A stretch of DNA of 64,000 nt. Origin: Vicugna vicugna (Eukaryota). The stretch spans positions 248,001 to 312,000 of the forward strand of contig MU058387.1 in NCBI GenBank assembly GCA_013265495.1, given 5' to 3'. Each line of letters begins with the position of its first letter. The first letter of the stretch is position 1. The notes below the pieces were generated by a model that ran no database searches, was not told the origin of the DNA, and saw nothing but the letters and a program-made list of their open reading frames with translations. Shown here piece after piece: positions 25,801 to 36,110 of the stretch. Position numbers and translations under genes: made by a program.

Positions 25801-27528
25801 ACATTGCCTCAGAACAGATCTATTCCACTTAATGAAAACAAAAATCTAGATGATCTATTAATTCATAAAATCTGTTTTATAATTTATCCAACCAGTTTGC
25901 TGAAAAATGTGTGGACTGTCATGCTTTAATTCTCCTTTAAAGCATATCATTTAAAGAGTATATTAACATATTTGCCTTAGAAAGTAATCTAGGGGACTTG
26001 AAAATTTCTCCCAGGGCTCAGGATCAAGATGATGACATAGACAGCTCCTGAGTTTCCATCCTCCCACAGCTGCACTGAGTATACAACTATACATGGAGCA
26101 ATTTTCTCTGAGAGAAATCCAGAAAAGAGTTGAGGGACTCCTACACCTCAGGCCAATGAGAAAAGATACACATTGAAACAACTATGAAAGGCTGAGACAG
26201 ACTATATCATAAACTACACCTTGGCACAGTATCTTATAATCAAGAGGGAATTCCCAACTCCCACATTTTCCTGGAGGAGCAAATGATTTGGACCACACAC
26301 TTAGTTCCTCACATTTTAAAGCTGCCACCCAAGGGATGGACCCCAAATCACTTAGTTCTGAAAGCCAATGGGACTTGCATTAAAAAATTCCATAGGGCTA
26401 CACTATAGCAAACAGAGGTAGTTGTTAATGGGCATATTAGTACTCCCCTTGGCTCAGAACAGAGGGAAGAGGCAAAAATGCCCATGATTCAGGCTTTCCA
26501 CAGAAGGGTTTTGGCTGGATACGTTCCCAGCTCCTGCCTGAGGGACCAGCTTCTGATCAGTCTGAATCTACATGTTAACTGCAGTCTTCCCTTTTGGGAC
26601 ACTGACAAGGCTTAGCACAACCACAATTACTAGGAACCATTAAGAAAAAGATGGTAGCTTGCACAGTCACCAAGGTTGAGAAGGAGTCAGAAGCTTGGAC
26701 CAAACTGATTGACGAGGTTCATCTCCATGAGACTAATCTGTCAACACTGAAAGACGTGGCTGTGTATCGTGCAGAAACTGCCACAGAGATTCAGGGAAAA
26801 AAAGGAATGGGAAAATGTTTCAAAACAAAAGAACAAGATAAATCTCCAGAAACCAATCTTAATGAAATGGGGATAAATAAGAGTTGAAAATAATGTTTAT
26901 CAAAAATGTTCACCAAGGTCAGGAGAGCAATGCCTGAACAGATTGAGATTTTCAACAAAAAGATAGAAAGTATAAAATAGTATCAAACAGAACTCATAGG
27001 GCTGAAAAATACAACAACTAAACTAAACAATTCACTAGAGAAGTTTAACATCAGTCTAGATCAAGTAGAAGAAAGGATCATCCAACTCAGACAGGGCAAT
27101 GGAATTAATTCAGTCAGAGGAGCAAAAGGAACAAAAGAAGAATGAAAAAGAGTAAAGATAACTTAAAGGACTTATATACATCATCAAGGACTGAATATAC
27201 ACATTATTGGGATTCCAGACAGAGAAGACAGAGAGAAAGGGGTAGGAAGCTTATCTGAAGAAATAACAGCTGGAAACTTTCCTAGCCTGGATAAAGAAAC
27301 AGATATCCATCTGTTTCAAAAAGTACCAGGTAAGATGAGTCCAAAGAGATGCATGCCAAGATACATTATAATTAAATTATCAGAAGTTAAAGACAAAGAA
27401 AGAATCTTAAAAGTAGCAAAAGAAAAGTAATACATCCAAGAGAACTACCGTAAGATTATCACTGGACTTTTCAGTAGAAATCTTGCAGGGCAGAAGGGAG
27501 TGGAAAGATATATTCAAAGTGCTGAAAG

Positions 27529-27561
27529 ACAACACAACACAAAACAAAACAAAACAAAACA
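27529..27561. repeat. (AAAAC)n tract at the 5' junction of the retrocopy
   Basis: acaacacaacacaaaacaaaacaaaacaaaaca; mirrored at the 3' junction. Confidence 0.9.
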
Positions 27562-29605
27562 GGCCTTCTGGACCATGCTGCTGCGAACCGCTTGGAGGCG
27601 GGCAGCCTCGGCCTTGCCCTTCGCTCAGGGGCTGAGGGCCAAGGCGCCCACTCAGGGACTGCGCCTGCGCGGCCATGCTCCCCAGTCTGCTGTTCCCTCA
27701 GATGCAGCCACTGCTCCAGAGGCAGAGTCAATGTGCGACCTCTGTATATGGATGAATGTGCAAGCTACAACTCCTCTGGACCCTCGGGTGCTTGATGCCA
27801 TGCTCCCTTACCTAGTCAACTACTATGGGAACCCACACTCCCGGACACATGCGTATGGCTGGGAGAGTGAGGCAGCCATGGAACGTGCTCGCCAGCAAGT
27901 AGCATCTTTGATTGGGGCTGATCCTCGTGAGATCATTTTTACTAGCGGAGCCACTGAATCTAACAACATAGCAATTAAGGGGGTGGCCAGGTTCTACAGG
28001 TCACGGAAAAAGCATTTGATCACCACACAGACGGAACACAAATGTGTCTTGGACTCCTGCCGTTCACTGGAAGCTGAGGGCTTTCAGGTCACCTACCTCC
28101 CAGAGAAGAAGAGTGGGATCACTGACCTGAAGGAACTAGAGGCTGCCATCCAGCCAGATACCAGCCTGGTCTCAGTCATGACTGTGAACAATGAGATTGG
28201 AGTGAAGCAGCCCATTGCAGAAATAGGGCGGATTTGCAGTTCCAGAAAGGTATATTTTCATACCGATGCAGCCCAGGCTGTTGAAAAAATCCCACTTGAC
28301 GTCAGTGACATGAAAATTGATCTCATGAGCATCAGTGGTCACAAAATCTATGGTCCCAAAGGGGTTGGTGCCATCTACATTCACCGCCGGCCCCGTGTGC
28401 GTGTGGAGGCCCTGCAGAGTGGAGGGGGCCAGGAGCGGGGTATGCGGTCTGGGACAGTACCCACACCTTTGGTGGTGGGGCTGGGGGCTGCGTGTGAGGT
28501 GGCACAGAAAGAGATGGAGTATGACCACAAGCGGATCTCAAAGTTAGCAGAGCGACTGACACAGAAGATAATGAAGAGCCTTTCAGATGTGGTGATGAAT
28601 GGAGACCCTGAGCACCATTACCCAGGTTGCGTCAACCTATCCTTTGCATATGTGGAAGGGGAGAGTCTGCTGATGGTACTTAAGGATGTCGCCTTATCCT
28701 CGGGGAGTGCCTGCACCTCTGCATCCCTGGAGCCCTCTTATGTCCTTTGAGCAATTGGCACTGATGAAGATTTAGCTCACTCTTCTATTAGGTGTGGTAT
28801 CGGCCGTTTCACTACAGAGGAGGAAGTGGACTACACAGTGGAGAAATGCATTCACCATGTGAAGCGTCTTCGAGAAATGAGCCCTCTCTGGGAAATGGTG
28901 CAGGATGGCCTTGACCTCAACAGCATCAAGTGGACCCAACACTAGAAGAGTGGGCCTCTGTCTTTGTGCTGGCCTGGCTCCTCTTGTTTCATCAACCTGT
29001 GTACAGCCAGACACTTTGTTACACGTAGTGGGTGCTCCGTGTTCAAACCAGAATTGGTATAGCCCAGTTGACTTCAGCATTGGCCTGCCTCCAAGAGGGA
29101 AACACAAGAAAACTATCTTCCTCCAGCCTCAGCTCCTTTGGTGGGGAACACTCCCCATTTCTCTCTAGGAGTCCTTCTCTGGTGTATAGTGAGTTGATGT
29201 TCTCATCCTGAAACAGGAAGGACATTTGCTACGATATTGCTGCTGGACATGTCTGTATCCTTGGTGGGGAAAGACAGAGAAACTGGAAGAAGGCTCTTTG
29301 TTCAGGGACCCTGATGCTGTATGTGGACATTTGAGTTGTTGCTTACTGCTGCTTAGAGACCAGCTCCTTCAGAAACAAGCATAATCAACTATGATTTAAT
29401 CTTTTTTGTGGCTCCAAAGGCTACCTTGTCATATTGGTTATATACTGAACAGCAAGCTTGCTTGTCTCCTTTGTGTTCTCGTCCTCCTTTCTTTCTTTTG
29501 ACTTAATGGAGCCAGAAATATGTATCACCTATTACTCTAGTAATTTATGTTCCTTTTTAAACATTTGTCAATTTGCAGATTAGAGAAATAAAATCACCTT
29601 CCTCT
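27562..29605 (+). pseudogene. NFS1: Processed pseudogene (retrocopy) of mitochondrial cysteine desulfurase NFS1
   Basis: Intronless CDS from ATG 27575 to the native TAG at 28943-28945. Matches NFS1: MLLR..WRR leader, [35 protein letters not shown] lysine (28343-28345), SSGSAC catalytic Cys (28712-28714) and C-terminal SIKWTQH. Premature TGA at 28748-28750 and compensating indels at about 27733-27757. The 3'UTR has AATAAA at 29587-29592 and an A-rich tail follows from 29606. Confidence 0.96.
29587..29592 (+). promoter_or_regulatory. Polyadenylation signal carried over from the NFS1 mRNA
   Basis: AATAAA lies 13 nt upstream of the A-rich tail. Confidence 0.8.
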
Positions 29606-29640
29606 AACAAAACAAAACAAAACAAAACAAAACAAAAAAA
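29606..29640. repeat. (AACAA)n/A-rich tail and probable TSD at the 3' junction of the retrocopy
   Basis: aacaaaacaaaac...aaaaaaa, after which L1 ORF1 resumes at ctaccaacta. Confidence 0.9.
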
Positions 29641-32600
29641 CTACCAACTAAAGACACTCTGTCTGGCAAAACTGACCTTCAGTATTGAAGGAGAATTAAA
29701 GAGTTTCTCAGTAAAACAAAAGCTGACGGAGTTCATTACAACAAGACCAGCTTTACAAGAAATGTTAAAGGGAATTCTTCAAGCTGAAATTAAAAGATGC
29801 TTAACTGGTAACAGGAAAACGTATAAAAGTAGAAAAGTCACTGGTAAAGGTAATTGTCAAATTCAGAATACTCTGATATTGTAATGGTGGTGTGTAAATC
29901 TCTTATAACTCTAGTATAAAGGTTAAAGGACAAAAAGTATTAAAAATAACTATGACTGCAATAATTTGTTAACAATATATAAAGATATAAATTGCATCAT
30001 CAAAACTATAAAATGTGTGGGATTGTAAAATATAGAGCTCTAGTACATTTTCAAAGTTGTTAGTTTAAAATAGGTTGTTGCACGTGTTAGATTATGATTT
30101 GTCATGGTAATCACAAAACACTTTTATTGTGATGCTAAGAATTCCACAAATTCACAAATATGTAGAAATTAAACATGTTCCTGAACAACCAATAGGTCAA
30201 AGAAGAAATCAAAAGAGAATTTTAAAAAATATCTTGAGACAAAAGAAAGTGGATAAACAATATACCAAAATTTACAAAATACAGCAAAAGCCATTCTAAG
30301 AGCAAAGTTTATGGCAATAACCACCAACATTAAGACACAAGAAAGATCTCAAAAAAAAAAACCAAAACAAAACCCAAAACAACTCATTTACAGCTCAAGG
30401 AACTAGAAAAAAGAACTAAGCTCAAAGTTAGTAGAAGGAAGGAATTAACAAAGATCAGAAGAGGAAATAATTGAAATAAAGACTAAAAAAAGACAACAGA
30501 AAAAAATCAATGAAAATAATAGCTAGTTTAAAAAGATAAAATTGACAAAACTTTAGCTAGATTAAAAAAAGAGAAGACACAAATAAGTAAAATCAGAAAT
30601 AAAAGAAAAAAACATTATAACTGATAACACAGAAATATTAAGGACCACGAGAAACTACTGTTAACAATTACATGGTAATAAACTAAATAACCTAGAAAAA
30701 ATAAACAAAGTCCTAGAAACATACAGCCTACCAAGACTGAATCACAGGAACAGAAAACCTAAGCAGACAAATTACTAACAGGGAGATTGAATTGGTTATC
30801 ATAAACCACCTAACGAAGAACAATCCAGGACCCAAAGGCTTCACTAGTGAATCTGCCTAACCTTTAAAGAAGAATTAACACCAATCATTCTCAAAATCTT
30901 CTAAAACTAGAAGAGAGGGGAACACTGACAAATTCATGAGGCTAGCATTACTATGCCAAAGCCAGACAAAGACACTACAAGAAAAAGAAAAATTACAGGC
31001 CAATTCCCTGATGAACGTGAATCGAAAAATCCTCAACAAAATATTAGCAAACCAAATTCAATAGTATATTAAGACAACCATACACATACAAAACAATCAT
31101 ACAACAAACATACATATACATACATATTAAATTTACCCTTGCTTTATAATAAAAATTCTCAGCAAACTGGGTATAGAAGAAATATGGTTCAGCATACTAA
31201 AGACTACATATGACAAGCCCACAGCTAACACCATACTCAAAGACGGAATGCAAAAAGCTTTTTCTCTAAGACCAGGAACAAGACAAGAATGTCCACTCTC
31301 ACCACTTTTATTCAACATCATACTGGAAGTACTAGCCAGGGTAATTAGTTAAGAAAAAAGCGTAGATGGCATTATATTGAAAACCCTAAAGACCCAACTC
31401 CAAAACTGCTGATAAACAAATTCAGCAAAGTTGCAGGACACAAAATAAACATATAAAAATCTGTGATATTTCTATGTACTAACAACAAACAATCCAAAAA
31501 AGAAAATTAAGACTATCCCCTTTATAATTGGAACCAAGGAAGTAAACGTTATGTACACTGAAACCTATAAAACAATGATGAAAGAAATTGGAGAAGATGC
31601 AAATAATTGGAAATATATGTTCATGAATCTAAAGAATTAACATTGTGAAAATGTCCTTACTACCTAATGTGATCTACAGATTCTCATCAATCCTTATCAA
31701 AATTTCAATTACATTTGTTACAGAAACATAAAAAAAACCCCTAGAATTTTATGGAATTACAAAAGCTCCAAATAAACAAAACAGTTTTGAGAAAGAAGAA
31801 CAAAGTTGGAGGCATTACACCTCCTGAGTTCAAACACTATTACAAAGCTATAGTAATCAATACAGTATGGGGTTGGCATAAAAGCAAACACATAGATCAA
31901 CGGAACAGAAGAGAGAGCCCAGAAATAAATCCATGCATACATGGTCAATTCATTTTCAACAAAGGGACCAGAAATATCCAGTGTAAAGGATAGTGTAATT
32001 TGTAAATGCTGATGTGAAAACTGGGTAGCCACACATAAAAGGATGAAACTGGACCCCCATTTTACACTATTCATACAAATCAACTTAAATTGAATTAAAG
32101 ACTTAAACATAAAACTTGAAACTGTAAAACTAGAAAAAAACCTAGGAGGTTAAGCTCTTTAACATTGGTGTTGTCAATGATTTTTTTGGATTTGACACCA
32201 AAAGCAAAGGCAACAAAAGCAAAAATAAACACATGGGACTACATCAAACTTAAAAGTGTCTGCACAGCAAAAGAAACCATTAACAAAATGAAAAGGAAAC
32301 CTATGGATAGGAGAAAACATTTGCCAGTCACACATCTGACAAAGGATTATTATCCAAATTACACAAGGAACTCATATAACTCAGTAACAGAAAAAGAAAA
32401 ACCCAATTAAAATGGACAAAGGACTTGAATATATATTTTCCCAAAGAAGACATACAGGTACAAGAAAAGGTGCTGGACATCACTGATCATAGGGGAAATG
32501 CAAATCAAAGCCACAACAAGACACCACCTCACACTTTATGACATCTATTGTCAAAAAGACAAGAGATAACACATGCTGCTGAGGGAGGCGGAGAAAAGGG

Positions 32601-34719
32601 AAACTTGTACACTGTTGGTGGTACATGTATAAGTTTAATAATGTAAACTGGTTTACAGCCACTATGGAAAATGGTATGGAGATTTCTCAAGAAAGTAAAA
32701 CAGGAAACTATCACATGACCCTGCAATCTCTCTTCTGAGTATTTTCCTGAAAGAAATGAACCATGATATTGAAGAGATATCTGTATTCCCATGCTCATTT
32801 AAGCATTATTCATAATAGCCAACGTATGCAAACAACTTAAATGTCTGTCAGTGAATAAATGGATAAAGAAAATTTGGCATGTATATACAATGGAATATCA
32901 TCTAACCTTTAAAAAGAAGGAAATCCTGCTATATGCTACAACATGAATGAAACTGGAGGACATTATGATAAGTGAAGTAAGCCAGGGAGAGAAAGACAAA
33001 TATTTCATGGTATCACTTAGACGTAAAATCTTTTTAAAAAGTCAAACTCATAGAAAGAGAGAGTAGAATGATGTTTGCCAGGATAATGGGAAATAAGGAG
33101 GAGTTAGTAAAAAGGTACAAACTTTCAGTTATAAGATGAATAAAGTCTGAGGGTCAAACGTATAGCATGATGACTATTGTTGATAATCCGTGTTAGATAC
33201 ATAGCTAAAATTTGCTAAGAAAGCAGAACCTGTGTTCTCATCCACAAAATGGGTAAACAGGTTAGATGCCGGATGCATTCGTTAACTCGGTGGTGGGAAC
33301 ACTTTCACAAGGTATACATATGTCAAACCATCACAGTGTGTGCTTAAACCTTACCAATTATACCTCAAAGCTGAACAAAAATCTCCTAGAGCCAATCTTG
33401 AAAACGAACTTCTGATTTGCTGCTATTTTGCATCCATAGGGAAAATGCATATGCAAAAATTCATATTAATCATTTAAACAAGGCTGAACACGACCGGCAT
33501 TTTGTCTTCCGATCACTTCACTGGGGTCATGATTTTTGACATGTCTCTTTTTGTATAATCTCCTTTACGTGAGGTTTGGTGGTACTAACTTTATTTTTTG
33601 TTTTATTCTGCATCATCAGGGAGGAAATGGCATATGGTATTGACACTGATTTCATGAAAAACTTGGAAGAATTTTATAGGTTTATCCGCGGTACCATTTG
33701 ATAAATCCAAAAATCTAATCCCTGCATCCGCCACTTACAATGGCCCTGGAATTAGTCTGATCACATAATAAGTTCAAATAACACTTCCATCCCTTATCAA
33801 AACAACCCCGTTGGAAAAGCAAATTTGAAACAGCCTCAATGTTTGGTGTCTTTCAAAAGATGCCCCCAAAAGTGAATGGAGGCCTCAGTTTGTCCAAATT
33901 ATTTTTCCACCAAAATGTGACATGATCATCAATGCATGAACGAGTGTCTTTTTGCCCACGATTCCCACACATGCTGCACTCTAAGGAGGAAGATAAAAGG
34001 ACTTGGGTGGGAAGTCCCGGGTCTGTTAGTTCCCTCACTTTGAAAAGCCTCAAATCAAGAAAATGACATGTAGCTTCTTTTACAGTGGGATCAAAAGAAA
34101 CCTCCAGACAGCTGTGTTTTGGGGCACATGTATTTTTTTAAGCAAGTTTGTAGTTTGAATTTTCAGTCTCAAAGACCAGATGTTAGTGATAATAGAAACT
34201 CCCACATGGACTTAAGAGGAAGAAGGAAGAAAGAGAAAGGAGGTGCTTTACCAATTGAAAGCACGTTTATTTATTTTTTTAATCATAAACCATAACCGTA
34301 AAACATCCCACAACAAATAGTCATTTAAAAACATTAAGATCCACCAAGCTCTTCGTTCCTGAAAACCCAGTCAAAGCCACAGGTAAAAATGGTAAGACGT
34401 TACCAAAATTTAAGCAGGTGAGCAGAATGGTCGGTGAACTTGGCTTTGAGCTGCCGCATAAAATATGACACACAAACATCATGTGTGCATTTATGTATTT
34501 GGGTTTTTTTTCTTTTTCTTCTTTCTTTAACTAAGAAAGAGGGAAACAGATCTGTAAAGGTAAGTAGGGATCTTTCCAGATTTAAAGAGTGGCATGAAAG
34601 AAACTGGAAAAAGAAAGAAAGGGGAAAAAAGCACATATTTAAAGCAGTGGAGTTGCAATGAAGAGACAAGACGTGTGGAAAATCAAATGGATGCAGAGTT
34701 TGGAAGGTAGGAGTTCTGA

Positions 34720-34761
34720 CCCCAGAAGGGACCAAGAGTGCCCCAGAAGGGACCAAGAGTG
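34720..34761. repeat. Perfect 21-bp tandem duplication
   Basis: ccccagaagggaccaagagtg x2. Confidence 0.95.
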
Positions 34762-35544
34762 AGAATTGCAAAAGCTTTGATGTGTATCCATGGATAATTT
34801 TAAAGTGGAAACAAAAGAATATCTGTTTCCTAAAACCCTAACAGTATTTTTATTCTCTCTCTTAAAAATACTCAATGCATCTTCACTTAATTGGATCAGC
34901 AGTACAACTCAAAGATGGAGAGGAAGAGTTGTAAAGGGCATTCCTACAGATACGGTGATTTTGATTAACAGCAACTTCTTAGATCTTCACTTTGCCTTTC
35001 ACAGTTTTTTCCCCCTTGTATACATATAAAAACATCTGTGAAAATATACCCTTTGGCAGACTCAAAAATTGCCATTAAAATATTTCCAAAAAATTATAAT
35101 ATTTCCCTTGAAGGCCTGCACACTGGACAACTCTTCACCCAAAATGACACTATTGTTTCACTTAGAAGCTAAAGGACATTACTCTTCAAGGAGTGCAAAA
35201 CAACATACTTGGTTTCAAATACCTCCAGTATCATTCAAATGACTTTGTTCCCTAAACTGACTGAGGTAAATCTCTGAGTTTCCTTTTGGGTGTTTCTTAA
35301 TTTGCTGGAATGTTACCTTATATGCCAATCAAGGTTTTTGCAGTGTAAATTAAAAAGAAAAATATCTGAGAATATGCCTTGGAAGAAGAAACCATTGTTA
35401 TATGGGACACTTTACAATTAAAAGAGGAAAGATCACTAATATTGACAATACCTTCTATAATAGATAGACAGACAAACTGAAGGATGGAAGGACAATTAGA
35501 TAGATAGATAGATAGATAGATAGCTTGATATAGATATAGATATA

Positions 35545-35680
35545 TGCCATTTTATCCCCATATGTTAGATAGTATTTTGATGGGGAAACTGGGATTAGGG
35601 AGACTCAAGTCACTTGCCCAGGTCACATGGCTAGAAAGCAACCAGCTATTTGTCCCTAAGGTCTACTGTCTTTCCTTAAC
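35545..35680 (-). mobile_element. MIR fragment, preceded by (GATA)n at about 35497-35522
   Basis: 'gatggggaaactgggattagggagactcaagtcacttgcccaggtcacatggctag'. Confidence 0.7.
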
Positions 35681-35694
35681 AACATATGAGTCAA

Positions 35695-36110
35695 ATACAT
35701 ACATTGATTATTTCTTATGATTGTGCGGGTCAACCAGGTGGTTCTTCTGGCCTGGGTTGGCTCAAGTGACCCATGGCTGAGTTCAGCTGGCACAGCTGGG
35801 CACACTGGGCTAGCTGGGGTATCCGGACACTCCCTCCAGGTGGCTTCAGGCCAGCCTGAGCTTATTCACCTGATGGCAGAAGAGTTGGCATTGAGCAGTA
35901 AGAGATACAAATCCCAGGACACAGGGCTTTTCAAAGCTCTAATTGTGTCACGTTCCCTAATGTCTTAACAATGAGATAAGTATTATGGTCAAGTCCAGAT
36001 AGAAGGGTAGAGAAATAGACTCTACCTTTTGATTTTTGGAAAAGTGGCAAATGGACGAAGATATAGAAATGGAAGATTTTAAGGTCATCTTTTGAAATTT
36101 ATCAGACCAT
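35695..36110 (-). mobile_element. Old MaLR LTR (MLT1G/H-like)
   Basis: 'ggtggttcttctggcctgggttggctc', 'ggccagcctgagcttattcacctgatggcag' and 'agaaatagactctaccttttgat'. Confidence 0.65.

Larger units (their letters stand above)
26018..33376 (+). mobile_element. Near full-length decayed L1 (L1MA-class 3' end) with 5'UTR, ORF1 (split by the NFS1 retrocopy), partly deleted ORF2 and 3'UTR
   Basis: 5' end 'ggatcaagatgatgac...'. ORF1 remnants ([43 protein letters not shown]) and ORF2 remnants ([42 protein letters not shown]). 3'UTR ends 'ttatacctcaaagctgaac'. Degenerate TSD aaaatttctcccagggc (26001-26017) / caaaaatctcctagagc (33376-33392). Many stops and frameshifts. Confidence 0.92.

Noticed and set aside
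27500..27574. N-terminal extension of the 416-aa ORF, or an L1 ORF1-NFS1 fusion protein
   Set aside because: The track's start is a GTG inside L1 sequence. The L1 ORF1 frame is out of phase with NFS1 and has an upstream stop near 27428. The real start is ATG 27575.
27575..28945. Functional NFS1 gene or horizontally transferred bacterial iscS
   Set aside because: It has a mammalian-type leader, 3'UTR and polyA signal but no introns, and it carries a nonsense codon and indels. It is therefore a retrocopy.
27407..29225. Overlapping antisense and alternative-frame ORFs over the retrocopy
   Set aside because: These are shadow ORFs expected in GC-rich coding-derived sequence, with no independent support.
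29573..32798. ORFs with L1 ORF1/ORF2 similarity as active CDSs
   Set aside because: They are short fragments of a decayed L1 with many stops, frameshifts and deletions.
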